Below, in pieces: positions 1 to 13,362 of a stretch of DNA of 64,000 nt. The position numbers and the translations under genes are program-made. Source of the DNA: Octopus sinensis (lineage: Eukaryota); contig NC_043012.1 in NCBI RefSeq assembly GCF_006345805.1, positions 24,366,001 through 24,430,000 of the forward strand. Direction: 5' to 3'. Under the pieces are notes generated by a model that was not told where the DNA came from, did not search any database, and saw nothing but the letters and a program-made list of their open reading frames with translations. The stretch's first letter is position 1. Every line of letters starts with the position of its first letter.

Positions 1-184
1 TACCCTCACCATCGCTTGACAACCGATGTTGGTGTGTTTATGTCTCTGTAACTTACCAGTTCAGCAAAAAAGAGTGATAGAATAAGTACTAGGCTTACAA
101 AGAATAAGTCCTGGGGTCGATTTGTTCAACAAAAGACAGTACTCCAACATGGCCACAGTCAAGTGACTGAAACAAGTAAAAGAA
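1..184 (+). mobile_element. SINE family A (CORE-type), 3' half, cut by the window edge
   Basis: Matches the 3' half of the full copy at 56406-56812 (cttgacaaccgatgttggtgtg ... gactgaaacaagtaaaaga). Confidence 0.85.
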
Positions 185-204
185 TATATATGTATGCATA
201 TATT

Positions 205-280
<76 letters not shown>

Positions 281-777
281 AACTTCTGCATGGGTTCTAC
301 CTGCAAAATTCCATTCATAACTCAAAGTCTATGCTATTGAATTGTGGGATTGCTGCTAGAACTATGTGGTCACAAACCAAACTTCATAACGACACAGATT
401 TCAGTAACGATTTAAATTAGATTCAGCGTTGTGAGTGAGGGCGGGAGAATATTATTAGTTGGTGCTATACCTGTTAAGTGGAAACTTATAAATTCAAAAT
501 TACAGGTAAATTGCTATTGATTAACCACCTTGTGGTGTATCGTTTGTCATTTTATATTAAATTAGCTTAACCTATCTTAAAACTTTAAACAATTAGTATC
601 ATGATTTAATTAAAAATAAAAGGACCATGAAACAGCCTGGTTCTCATCTGCAAAGTTTGATGCTGGATCCAAGCTAGGGAAGATGGTTTTACTCTTTCTG
701 TTTTTTATTTATTTTGTTTGTGACCTTACTTTATCAGTCTGGGACTTCAGCTGTCAGAATGTTATATTACAACAGTG

Positions 778-982
778 AGGTGGCGAGCTGGCAGAAACGT
801 TAGCACGCCGGCCGGAATGCCTAGCAGTATTTCGGCTGCCGTTACATTCTGAGTTCAAATTCCGCCGAGGTTGTCTTTGCCTTTCATCCTTTCGGGGTCA
901 ATAAATAAAGTACCAGTTACGCACTGGGGTCTGTCTTTGTTTGTCCCCTCTACATTTAGCCCTTTGTAGGCAATAAAGAAAT
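778..982 (+). mobile_element. tRNA-derived SINE family B (Nin/Deu-like core; possibly the octopus OR1 type)
   Basis: Pol III A-box-like tggcagaaacg and B-box-like agttcaaattcc, then the core ctttgcctttcatcctttcggggtcaataaataaagtaccag, which resembles the Nin domain. Other copies lie at 18865-19515 and 38408-38645. Confidence 0.8.
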
Positions 983-1197
983 ATATATTACAACAGTGAT
1001 CATAAGTAACAGAGATGTGTGTGTGTGATAAGGGGAGAAGGTGTGGGGGAAGAAAAAGTTCTGATGTTTAGGGTGACTTTCAGTAGAACTTGATTATTGG
1101 CTGTTCGTTACTAAATTACTCAAAAAGAAAGCTTAGTATTTCATTTGAAAATAATTTAATGTACAGCATTATTATGATATATATACGTATATATATA

Positions 1198-1320
1198 TAT
1201 AATCAAAATAAGCAACAAGGATATCCAAGGTAGTGTAGTACAATTGTTTCATGCTACTTCATTTTATTAAACAATTGTACTACACTACCTTGGATATCCT
1301 TGTTGCTTATTTTGATTATA
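1198..1320. repeat. Perfect inverted repeat, 52-bp arms and 19-nt spacer, (TA)n on the left flank
   Basis: 1198-1249 is the exact reverse complement of 1269-1320. Confidence 0.95.
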
Positions 1321-1399
1321 ATCACCCCATTTGGTTTATATGGATAATACCATACAAAATTCTGATGCCTTTAACTTAAGTACCATATTCATCTGAATC

Positions 1400-1437
<38 letters not shown>

Positions 1438-1482
1438 CACGTGTGTGATTATGTGTCATAATCAAGTTGTTGTTTTTTTTAA

Positions 1483-1858
1483 TCTTCTGTTACTCATTTC
1501 AATCATTGGACTGCGGCCATGCTAGGGCCCTGCCTTGAAGGGTTTAGTTGACCAAATTGCCATCAGTACTTATTCTTCCTTTTTTAAGCCTGGTACTTGC
1601 TCTCTTGGTCTCTTTCACTGAACCTCTAAGTTACAGGGTCATAAACAAACCAACATCAGTTGCCAAGCAGTAGCAGACACATACACACGCACACACATTC
1701 AATGGCCTAAGAATCTACTACCCAAATCAACTATCAAGATTTTGTTCAGCCTGGGACTATAGTGGAAGACACTTGTTCAAGGTACAATACAGCAGGACAG
1801 AATGAAGAACCATGTGTTTGGAAAGCAAACTTCTTACCACACAGCTATATCTGCACCT
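1483..1858 (-). mobile_element. SINE family A, near full length, diverged
   Basis: Reverse complement aligns along its length with 56406-56812. Confidence 0.85.
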
Positions 1859-2025
1859 ATGTATATATATATATAAAGAAAACAAAAAATGGAACAAGAA
1901 CGTAACAGGTGACAACAAAACATCCGGACAGTTAGATGATACAAAAAAGGACAGGAAAAAACAAGGACAGGTCATTCAGGGCTTCCTATCCTCAGTCAAG
2001 CACCAGATCATCATTGCAATTTCGG

Positions 2026-2096
<71 letters not shown>

Positions 2097-2110
2097 ACTT
2101 TACATACATA

Positions 2111-2240
2111 TTACTTCAAATTCTCAAAGTTTCTAAATTCTAATAATGTAATCAACAATATCTATATCTATCTATCTATATATATATATATATTGTTGAT
2201 TACATTATTAGAATTTAAAAACTTTGAGAATGTGAAATAA
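2111..2240. repeat. Inverted repeat, about 51-bp arms (3 mismatches) around a TA/TCTA microsatellite
   Basis: 2111-2161 versus the reverse complement of 2190-2240. Confidence 0.9.
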
Positions 2241-2529
2241 TTCTTTTAGGACTGGTGAATCTTGAAGCAAATAAATCTATAAATAATACCATTTAAGTAT
2301 TGGGTTAAAAAAAACTCCTTGAAGGAAGAAGTCAAAGGCTGCCTGTGGCACTTGATCTCACATCTCCCACAAATATTATATATTGCAAATACATAAATGT
2401 ATTTTTTTTTGTGTGTAAAGTTTATAGAAATGCTTTATAGATTTGAATATACTACAATGTTACATTGGTATAAAATAAGTGAACCTAGTCAAAGAATTAT
2501 CTTTTAGTTGGTATGAATGTAGTCCAACT

Positions 2530-2572
<43 letters not shown>

Positions 2573-3309
2573 ATTTGTGTGCACATGCATGCATGTATGA
2601 ACACACAATGTGGTGTGACATGCACAGTTGAAGAATATGGGTCATTGCGATAAAGGCCAGATGGAATTCTTTCTCTCACTCACTCTCCCTCTCTACAGAA
2701 TTCTCTGCAAGCCTACAAGAGATTCTCTACATAGTCACTGCTAGAAATTACTGTAAAATTTCCCCCTTGATAGCATTTAAAAACAAAAAAAAAAAAAGAG
2801 AAAAGAATGATGATACATAAATAAATAAATATCACATTAGATAATATAATCTTAGTTATATTATATCTCTGATGCCGTTGATCATGGGCTCTATTGAATC
2901 GAGATTAGCCTGGGGCTAAAGAAAAACAAATTTTTACATTTACCAGCATATTGTGTGCATACACATATATTTACACTTGCACATACATATATAAATACAC
3001 ACGTATACACACACACACACGTACATTTGTATTTAAATGCTAGTAAGAGTTATTTCTCATTTCTATTCTGAAGACTATCACAACTCTGACTGTCCCAGCC
3101 TGAAAACTCCGATGCTAATTAATCAGTCTTTTCTCTCTATTTAGTTCCATTGCATTGTCTTATTCCTTCCTTTTTGTTGAATTAAGAGAGAGAGAGAGAG
3201 GAGAGAGAAAGAGAGAGTATATTCTACCTATGTTAACCTGCTCCGTCTCTCTCTTTTCTTCATCACTATCCACCCTCCCTTCCTTGTATCAATTGAGTTA
3301 GACTGAAAT

Positions 3310-3510
3310 GATTTTGGCTGGCTAGCAGGTTTGTCTGGTGGGCCGAGTGTCTGATTGACTGGATGGCTGGATGGCTGGCGGGCTGGCAGGCAGGCAGGCT
3401 GGCAGGCTGGCAGGCTGGCTGGCTGGCTGGCTGGCTGGTTGGTTGGTTGGTTGGTGCGTTGGCTGCCTGTCTAACTGGCTGCCAGGTTGGTTGGTTGGTT
3501 GGTTGGCTTG
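3310..3510. repeat. Compound (GGCT)/(GGCA)/(GGTT) tetranucleotide array
   Basis: Seen directly. Confidence 0.9.
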
Positions 3511-3652
3511 GAGTGTGTGTATAGTATGACCCAGTTTTGTGAATGATGCACTCTCTCCATTCTCCCTGTGCTGCCAGTATCACAACATGGCAGTAGATGT
3601 AGTACAGTAGCAGAAAGAGCAGAAGCAGCTCACAACACTTCTTTCTTTCCTT

Positions 3653-3691
<39 letters not shown>

Positions 3692-3753
3692 TTATTCTCT
3701 TTTCTGCTGGAATCTGCCTCTCCAATTCTACTTTCACTTTCGTTTCTGTATTC

Positions 3754-3787
<34 letters not shown>

Positions 3788-5319
3788 TCTCTCTCTCTCT
3801 CTCTCTAATTGCTGCTGCTTCCTTTGCTTAGTTTTGCACCACTCCATCATCTCACTCTCCGACACTCACGTGTTTTATTCTGTGCTTCAGTTATTGACTT
3901 CTCTCTGTATTTCCTGCTCCTTCGTATGAAATTCAATTCTTTAATAGGCAATTTGAATGTCCCTCTTTAGAGTCTGTATCTCTCTTACCCTAGTGCTAGT
4001 GGTGGTGGTGGTGGTGGTGATGTCAGTAATAATGATGATGATGATGATGATAGTGGCGATGGTGATGATAATAGTAATGATGATGATGATGATGATGACA
4101 TGAATGCATCAAATATAGTTCACTTGCTACTAGCATCTGCATCATCTCCAGTTCCACACTTTCCTTGTCTTGCTAGCTACACCGCAAGACTACAACTAAA
4201 GATTCCACTGAATTATTATTATTATTAGTTTCATTATTATTATCAGCAGCAGCAGCAGCATTGTTGTTGTTGTTATTATTATTATTCTTATAGATGTTCA
4301 ATTAAAACAAAATTTCTTATTTTATTTTTCATCCGTCTTTCTTACTCATGGAAATATACTTATTATTCCCACAAGACATTTATTGCAAGTGATGTGTGTG
4401 TTTTGTATTTCTACTTTTAACAATAAACTTAATATAACTGAAGTTTGTCACTTAAATATCTACATTCTTCCCCCCCTCTCTCCACTCTCTCTCTCTCTTT
4501 TATTATTACTATTACTACATGTCTTACAGACACACATATACGTTTATGGGAATGTGTGTGTGTGTCTGTGTATACACACATGCACAGAAACCAATACACA
4601 TAACCACATACATGCTATGCGTATTTGTATTTAATTTGTTAACCTCAGTTTTGTGTGTGTGTGTGTGTGGATATTCTAAAGTGTTAGAATTAAAATTGTT
4701 GAAATATTTCACAACGGTTCAGATTCATAGGAGATAGGATAGGATTATAGCTTTCTTAACTTTTCACACACAGGAAACAGTTTGTTAATTATGCATCATG
4801 TTATTGGTAAATTTGGAATTCTTCTGTTAACCGAATTATTGTACATTTCCTCCAGATTAACTCAGTCTGATGGCTTCAAAATCACTGCAAGATATCTTTA
4901 ACTAGCTATTTGATTGGCCTACAGTTACCTATGGTAGAACATAAGGTGTATCATTTGTGTAAGTGATTTTTAAAAAAAACAAAAAAAAAACTAGGAAGTA
5001 TTGCTTCCTCTTTCATATGGATCCGTTCATAGAAAGACAAGTCTTCTTGCTTCATTTGATCTTCGCAGGTCCTGACACATTGATGAGTAATGATGCGTTG
5101 ACAAATTGAATTTAGAAATTCACCAGGAGAAGATCTGGTTTCGGGTGTTTTTTTTCTTCTTACTTTTATTTTTATATGCAGAATGAAAGTGGATATGTGA
5201 ATATTTAAGCTAGATTTTTACTTTTTAAAACTTTTTTTTTAACGAGTCAACTTATTTAGAAAAACAATATTTTGTCATTGTTAAATATCTCTTCTGAAAA
5301 TCATCATCACCTTCATTAT

Positions 5320-5670
5320 CATCATCATCTTTAATGTCCATCATCCATACTGGCATGGCTGGTTGGATGGTTTGACAGAATCTGACATGTGTGAGGATTG
5401 CATTGTGTTCCATCATCTGCTTTGGAATGGTTTCTAAAGATGGATGTCCTTCCTAATGTCAACTACTTTCCAGTGTGAACCTCTTTTCCATTGCACCAGC
5501 CCTAGTGGGGTCACTGTGTATGTCACAAGACCAAAATCCACTTCAAAGGAGTGGGACAACAGTAGACAGGGCTGCAACTTTATGTTTGGTGATGAGAGGT
5601 TAAAATATGAAATAAGGAGTTGGAACAGTTTCTTGTTCCTTGCTGTAGAGGGACTCAATGGTTACTTGCA
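5320..5670 (-). mobile_element. RTE-tailed element (family C type), diverged, with extended 5' part
   Basis: (CAT)n tail on +, and ggatgtccttcctaatgtcaac matches the reverse complement of the family C core gttggcgttaggaagggcatcc. Confidence 0.6.
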
Positions 5671-6219
5671 TTGTAAATGTGTGGGTAGGAATTATCAAGG
5701 TAAAGCTGGAAAAGGTGGTAAAATAGAGGGTGATGACATGTCAGAGTGGAGTCTTAAGGTAGAAAGTCTTGGCAACTAGCCACAAACACATCACACCTGT
5801 GCATACTCATATTTCTTTTTATACATGTTAATGTGCATTTAAAAAATGTTTAATTCAGTTGCAGAAATTTATTGTATGTAATTGTTTTGCAAAGTTTAAG
5901 AGTATGATGATATTTGCCATTTACTCCAGTAAAGGTCCTACTTCTAGGTGGTTGCTTGACTTGTTAGAAATAGAGACCAAATTTTCTTAAATTACACTCT
6001 AACTTTCTTGGAAAAGAGATAGACACTTTGGATGTTATAGTCATAAATTTGCTCTAAAAGACCAGATAATCCTGGTTTGTATTCCTTTTATCATAACTCT
6101 ACTCAACAACTAGTTGAGTCCCTTGTAATTCAGTAGCTCATTTAACTTTTTTCCTACACCATTGAGAATAACTTTGAAACAAATTTCCAGATATAAAAGC
6201 TCTCTCTCTCTCTCCTATG

Positions 6220-6251
<32 letters not shown>

Positions 6252-6722
6252 TTGCTTTATTTAAATATTTTTTCCCCATTCCTTAATATGAAAATTCATT
6301 TCTGAAAATGCCAGTCAGTGGAATTCCATTATTAATAGAAGAAAAATATAAACTCGTTATATTTAACTAAACTGCCAACATTATTAATTTTTTTCTCAGT
6401 TTCTATGTTCATACATAGATACTTATATATATGTAAAATGCAGACATACTTTTGTAGCTGTGTTCATACTTATGTATATATAAAACAATTGTTTATTTTG
6501 TGTCTGTTTTCCATGCTTGTAAGAGTTGGGAAAATACATTGAGACATTGTTTTACAACCAGATGCCCTTCCTGATGCTAAACCACACCTCTTTTAAGATG
6601 GCTTTCAAGGCTCAAAATGCTGAGACAATCTGTTAACAGGAGAAACTGACATCAACAAAGCTTACTGCACTTTCATTACAAACAGATGCAGATGTAAACA
6701 AACACATAACATGCATATACAT

Positions 6723-7116
6723 ACTCTTTTACTCTTTTACTTGTTTCAGTTATTTGACTGCGGCCATGCTGGAGCACCGCCTTTAGTCGAGCAATCGACC
6801 CCGGGACTTAATCTTTGTAAGCCCAATACTTATTCTATCGGTCTCTTTTGCCGAACAGCTAAGTGACGGGGACGTAAACACACCAGCATCGGTTGTCAAG
6901 CAATGCTAGGGGGAGAAACACAGACACACAAACACATATATATACATATATACGACAGGCTTCTTTCAGTTTCCGTCTACCAAATCCACTCACAAGGCAT
7001 TGGTCGGCCCGGGGCTATAGCAGAAAACACTTGCCCAAGATGCCACGCAGTGGGACTGAACCTGGAACCATGTGGTTGGTTAGCAAGCTACTTACCACAC
7101 AGCCACTCCTGCACCT
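6723..7116 (-). mobile_element. SINE family A, full length, young
   Basis: High similarity to the reverse complement of 56406-56812; tRNA head, CORE-like segment, microsatellite linker and 3' tail are all present. Confidence 0.9.
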
Positions 7117-8129
7117 ATACATGCGCACATGCACACATGCACACACACATACGATGGTTTTTTAGTTTCTGTCTGCCAATTCATTCAAAAGGCTTTGATT
7201 AGCCCAGAGCAGCTCATCACTTGCTCAAACTGCTGTGCAGTAGAACTGAACCCATAACCAACATGGTTTAGGACCAAGCTTTTCAACTGCAAAGCTCGCT
7301 TCATGGTTGACTGCACATATACGTAACATGTATTCTTTAAAAATAGCCAAACTCTACAGAATGCAAAGCAAGCTTATGTGTTCATTTCACATTTCCATTT
7401 CTGAACAATTTGCATTGTGTTGTATTGTTTATAAATGATTTCCAATCAATCAATTAATCACTGATCGAATGACAGTGAGATTGATTAGACAATATCTGTT
7501 TATGAGTCTACCTCAAAGGACTTCATTCCAAATGCACCAGTTTTTCAGTTTTTTTTTTTTTTTTTTCTAGCATCTATGTCCTTCATTAGTCTATACCAGA
7601 GAAAGATACAATACATATATCTCACCGCAACCATCATCATCATCATCATCATCATATACATATTTAAAGGGCTTCTACACAGCTTTTATCTAGCAAACTC
7701 CATCCACAAACCATTGGTAATCCTGAGGCTATAACAGAAGACACTTGTCTCAGGTATTGCACAATAGCATTAAAATTGAAATGTTGTTGTGAAGCAAATT
7801 TCTTCACCACTCAGACATGTTTGCGATGCAGTGAGTCATGTCTTTGAGAAGATTTTGATTCCTTATTCAAGCCAACTTGCTTCACATATCTTGCTTATGC
7901 GTTGCATAAATGCATAAGCTTCCCAAATTGTCGTTCTTTTTCCTATAAAATTGTGGCCATCTAAAGATTTATTTTATTCTTAAATAAAAAAAAAAATAAC
8001 CGTACACAACATAGATATTTAGTCAGAATACAAACCAAAAATCAGTGAAAAACAATTCCTCTCCCTTTATTTTGTGAAACAGGTTTGAATTAAGCCAGTA
8101 AGATATATTCTGTATAGAATAGATGCTCT

Positions 8130-8316
8130 TTGTGTTTGTCCCTGCCCCTATCTCCTCTTGACAAGTGATGTTGGTTTGTTTACATCCCTCAAACCTAGCA
8201 GTCTGGCAAGGAGACTGATAGGAAATGTAATGGGGTTGACTCGATTGACTAAACCCTACAAAACAATGCCCCAGCATGGCCATAGTCCAATGATTGAACC
8301 AAGTAAAAGATAAAAG
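8130..8316 (+). mobile_element. SINE family A 3' half, diverged
   Basis: Contains ccccagcatggccatagtccaatgattgaaccaagtaaaaga. Confidence 0.7.
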
Positions 8317-9255
8317 ACAAACAGACACTATTCATTAGTTATTATTGTCGATGATACAGGTAAATTATCTTGAAAGGGAGATTTTTTTTTTTCAGAACTG
8401 CATCGCTGACAGAAAAGATTGTTGTTTACTCCTCAAAGAAACTCAGTTCAGTCATTCAGTCATTTCAGTAAGAAAATCAAATTCTTATGAATTAGATTCA
8501 TCAAGGAGAAAAAAAAAAATCTATCTCTGTGAAAGGAAAGCACATCTGTTCAAGGAATTTATTCTCAGATTGAGCTGAGTTGATAGAGCATGATGGGAGA
8601 TGCTAGCTAATTGCTCCAGTCAAAGAAATGTTGTTAGTGTTCCTTAAATAGTTTTGATTTTTTTTTTCCTAGTTGCTAGTGAGACACCCAAATCAACTTG
8701 TGATTCTTGAAAACCTAGTCATGTGAATAGAGCTTACTGATCAGAGAAGTGAAGAAATCCAGACATATCAGTTGCAAGGTTTGTCAGAGAAGGTCAGCTT
8801 TAGTTTTTCAACTTCAATTTTAACGAGGAGGCTACTGTTTAGACGAACTAGCTGCAGGCAGTTTCATAGTGAAATGGTATTGCAATGTTTGCACTTAGTA
8901 CAAATTGTAATGGAAACTGATTTATGTATGTGTGTGTGTGTATGTATATATACACACACACATACACACATATATATGCATTGCTCGGAATGAATTTATA
9001 CAGTGGCAGATTGCAATGCAGACTTGTTAACAGGTTCATCTCCAATTTATTTTTCATACTGCCACTTCTTGTTAGTTGTTAATGAAACTATTGAAGTAGA
9101 TGCCATAATTGATGTCACATGTAATAGTATAAGAATACTTTCCATCAGGAAGCAAGTTGAAGCCATCTACTAAAGTCAGGTAATTTCGCAAATTTCATAA
9201 ATTTACCTGACTGCTTGCTTAGTATTTTCTAGACTGTATCATCTTTTATTATATC

Positions 9256-9634
9256 TCTTATCTTTTTACTCGTTCAAATCATTAGACTGTGGCCCAGCTG
9301 GAGCACTGCCTCGAAGGGTTTGCTGAAACTAATTGGCCTCGTTTACACTATTTTTAAGCCTGGTACTTATTCTGTCAATCTTTTTTTGTAGAACTGCTAT
9401 GTTATGTAATTTATAGGGATGCAAACAAACCAACACCAGTTGTCAAGCAGTGGTTGGGGACAAACACAAGGACACATGCACACATGATGAGCTTCTTTCA
9501 TTTTTCATCTACCATATCCACTGATACCATTCTGCCCAACCTGGAAGTATAGTAGAAGACACTGACCCAAGGCACAATGGGATTGAACCTATAGCTATGT
9601 GCTTGGGCAGCAAGCTTCTTACCACACAGCCATG
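9256..9634 (-). mobile_element. SINE family A, full length, diverged
   Basis: Colinear with the other family A copies. Confidence 0.8.
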
Positions 9635-10110
9635 TGTTCAGTTCAGTTCTGTCCAGTCCCTCTTTGACTTTGGAATGACAGGCTGGCTATACATAAGGAG
9701 TCTGATTTAGTTTATTTCTCCTGCGATTCATTTCGAGTTGTCTGGAAGAATAACTTTTAATTTGACTTCTGTTATTTGCAAAACTTATTTAAATGTAACT
9801 TTCTCCATGATGCTGTCTTAATTTTAACTGAATAGAATTTGAAAAATTTCCTACAATATCATATTTTAGAAACAAAATTTTCTGAAGAATTTTTTTCTTT
9901 TTTATATATAGATGTAATGAATAAGTCTTGTATTGACTTTCTCCTACACTCACTGATAGTACAGTCGTGTGTTTGATTTTTTTAGCTATTTCTGGTCAGA
10001 AGCAAGATTGCGAGCATTGTCTTTGGCTGAATTTAGTCATGTGTACCATTAAACATGACAAATGAAGTGCTCTCTCTCTCTCTCTCTCCTCCTCCTCTCT
10101 CTGTTTCTCT

Positions 10111-10144
<34 letters not shown>

Positions 10145-10496
10145 CATTCTAAACCAAACAGTTGACTGTATCTCTACTTCTGTATGTATGTGCACTTATA
10201 TGTATGCGTGTGTGTGTGTGTGTATTTGTAGAAATAGCCACCAATCATGAGGCCTAGCAACACACCATTCACTAGTCTGTCTCTTCTTTCAAGAATGCAC
10301 ACAAGTTATTGGATAAATGGAGATGACAGAAGAAAAATGATACAGTGGCACTGAGCAAGGAACCACATTCCATTTGTGTCCATTGCAGCCAAATTCTTCC
10401 TGCCTTATATTGGCCTCATCAGCTACCATAAAAGCAATAGGAGATGTGGGTAGCTTCCTTACTGAATTTCTGTTTCAAAGCCAAGCCATTATGTAT

Positions 10497-10895
10497 AGCC
10501 TCGCCTGGCCCCCGTGCCAGTGGCACATAAAAGCACCATCCGTTCGTGGCCGTTGCCAGCCTCGCCTGGCCCCCGTGCCAGTGGCACGTAAAAAGCACCA
10601 TCCGATTGTGGCCGTTGCCAGCCTCGCCTGGCCCCCATGCCGGTGACACGTAAAAAGCACCATCCGTCTGTGGCCGTTTGCCAGCTCCATCTGGCACCTG
10701 TGCGGGTGGCACGTAAAAAGCACCCACTACACTCACGGAGTGGTTGGCGTTAGGAAGGGCATCCAGTCGTAGAAACACTGCCAGATCAGACTGGGCCTGA
10801 TGCAGCCTTCTGGCTTCACTGACCCTAGTTGAACCGTCCAACCTATGCTAGCATGGAAAGCGGACGCTAAATGATGATGATGATGATGATGATGA
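10497..10895 (+). mobile_element. RTE-tailed SINE-like family C with about 3.7 tandem 61-63-bp units at the 5' side
   Basis: Units start at 10497, 10558, 10620 and 10683; the body gagtggttggcgttaggaagggcatcc ... cctatgctagcatggaaagcggacgctaa is followed by (GAT)n. Confidence 0.9.
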
Positions 10896-10900
10896 TATTT

Positions 10901-10996
10901 TAGGCAGAGGTGTGTTAAGAAGTTTCTTTCATAACTGTATAGTTCTGGGTTCAATCCCACTGTGCTGCACCTTGGGCAAGTGTCTTCTGCTATAAC
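10901..10996 (+). mobile_element. SINE family A head and CORE fragment
   Basis: gggttcaatcccactgtgctgcaccttgggcaagtgtcttctgctata. Confidence 0.7.
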
Positions 10997-11608
10997 AGAA
11001 AAGTGTACATAAAAATTACCATGATTGTGTGTGTGTGTGTGTGTGAATAGTCATATAATTCCACTACAGCAAAAACCTGTTCTAAGCTGGCTCCTTCTCT
11101 CATACATTTTAACCTCCCATCTTGTCCCAGAAATCTACCCCCTGTCCTCGCCCGGGGTTCATGGTGCCCAGTACATGTTGTAAAGTGGTTAGCATTAGGA
11201 GGGGTATCCTGTTGTAGAAGCTGTTGTAATGAAAGGAATTGGAATCAATCTCACAGAGCCTTGCGACCCCATATTTTACTACTTTAAAACTTTAAATAAT
11301 TCCTTGGGGTCAATGACAAATGTAGGGATTAAAACAAGGAGTGAGTCGCTTGAATAAATAAAGGAGTCTCTATGAGGGTGTTTGATCTACTAGAAATAGC
11401 AGCTGAATATCCTCAACATTTTAACCATCTTGTGGAAAGTTGTGTTTGTTAATGTGGTTGTTGATTACTTGGGTGCAAGAAAAGGGGGTGGGTTTCCATG
11501 GCTGAAATGCCTTTCATCCTGTGTCTGTTTGATCAGAGTCAACCCAGGGTTAAACAGCAGCATTAAGCCCCCACCCCTCACCCTCGGCTTCCTCCAACAA
11601 CTACCCTC

Positions 11609-11665
11609 ATATAATATTATAAAAGCTTTTTGGTTCAATATACACACACATGCGCACACATTTAT

Positions 11666-11710
<45 letters not shown>

Positions 11711-11815
11711 CATGTGTGTGTGTATATGTTTGTATATATCCAGAGTAATACTTGTTATTAAATAACAATAAATATTACTGGATGTACTGAACCAAAAGCT
11801 TTTATAATATTATAT
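11609..11815. repeat. Inverted-repeat element with a microsatellite inside the left arm
   Basis: 11609-11637 pairs with 11788-11815; tccagagtaatacttgttatt pairs imperfectly with aataaatattactgga. Confidence 0.75.
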
Positions 11816-12299
11816 ATGTTGCTGGTACATTAAAATAATATATATATATATAAATTAATATTATATCTATGTTTTTGTTCAGTTAAGTTGGGATTTTTTT
11901 TCTTTTTTGTTATTTTTTGAACTGATTTTTAAACTGTTCAGTTGTGTTAAAGATGAAGGAATGAAGGCACACTAAAATAAGTCTTCTTTACTCCTTCACC
12001 ATCACCGAACCCCCCCCCACCCACCCAATACAACCATTCTCTGCACCACCATCAACACCACCACCACCACCGTCTAACTGCAGCAGCAGCAGCAACAACA
12101 ACCAGAAGAGACTTCTTTAATGCAGCTGCAATGTACCTCATGGAATTTCAGAACACCAGATGCATTCCTTCCTTATTAATTACAATTATTGATTTTTATG
12201 TTTAATGAACTTGTCATGGTTAAATTTTAGACAAACATTTCTTTTTTTTCATTTATTTATTTATTTATTTATTTATTTATTCTTATTTTATTTTTTTTC

Positions 12300-12328
12300 A
12301 ATTGTTGCCGTTCTCATCATCATCGTTA

Positions 12329-12390
<62 letters not shown>

Positions 12391-12543
12391 TCATATCAAG
12401 ACTATTATCTTTGCTTAAGTAATTAGATTCTGATTCTTCTCAATTCTACTTTCATCCTATCTAGTTTAACATTTTGTAACATTTTTTTTGTTTTTGGTGT
12501 GTTTTCTTTTGTTTTTTTTTAGCTGTTGTAGCAACAGCAGCAG

Positions 12544-12575
<32 letters not shown>

Positions 12576-12775
12576 GTAGTAGTAGTAGTAGTAGTAGTTG
12601 TAATATTAGTAATTATTGTTGAGGACGATGATGATGATGGTGATGATGATGACGTGTGACTGCTCAATTTTCTTCCGTATATGGAATCTCCCTCACTGAA
12701 AAGCCTTCGGTTTAGGATATTTTGTGTAAGTGTGTTGATAGATAGACACAGACAGATAGACAGATATATACATAT

Positions 12776-12818
<43 letters not shown>

Positions 12819-12842
12819 CGTATATATATATGTATATATATA

Positions 12843-12883
<41 letters not shown>

Positions 12884-13308
12884 ACATAGACATTCACATA
12901 CACCGTTCTATACATATGTATATATGCATATATATACACATACACAATAGATGCATTCACATCCGCATATACGTTATAAAAGGGGAACGAATTTTGCCTG
13001 TCAATGCTTTGTTTATACAGTTGTTGAGAAGCTAATGCATTGGATGCCGCTGCGCTGGCTTGCGACTGGATACTGAACTCTGTTGAACTTGCCACACTTG
13101 TTAGCTGGCTGCTTGCCAGGATAGAAGTAGTAGTTGTAGTAGTAGCTGTAGTAGTATTTAGTAGTTATATTAGTAGCAACAGCAGCAGCAGCATTAGTGG
13201 TAGTAGTAGTGATAGTAGTAGTAGTTGTATTTTTGCTGTCGATGATGATGCTGATGGCGATGATGATGATGATAATAACGATGCTGTGCATTTTGATGCT
13301 TATTAATG

Positions 13309-13362
<54 letters not shown>

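Noticed and set aside
3692-3745. 54-nt minus-strand exon candidate (TKVKVELERQIPAEKRI) with a GTAAGA donor
   Set aside because: The acceptor has no pyrimidine tract and lies at the edge of a TA repeat.
9149-9179. 31-nt plus-strand exon candidate with CAG|GTAATT
   Set aside because: Short pyrimidine tract, not a multiple of 3, peptide not recognised.
10497-10730. 62-bp direct repeats as a CRISPR-like array
   Set aside because: No unique spacers, eukaryotic context, and part of the family C element.
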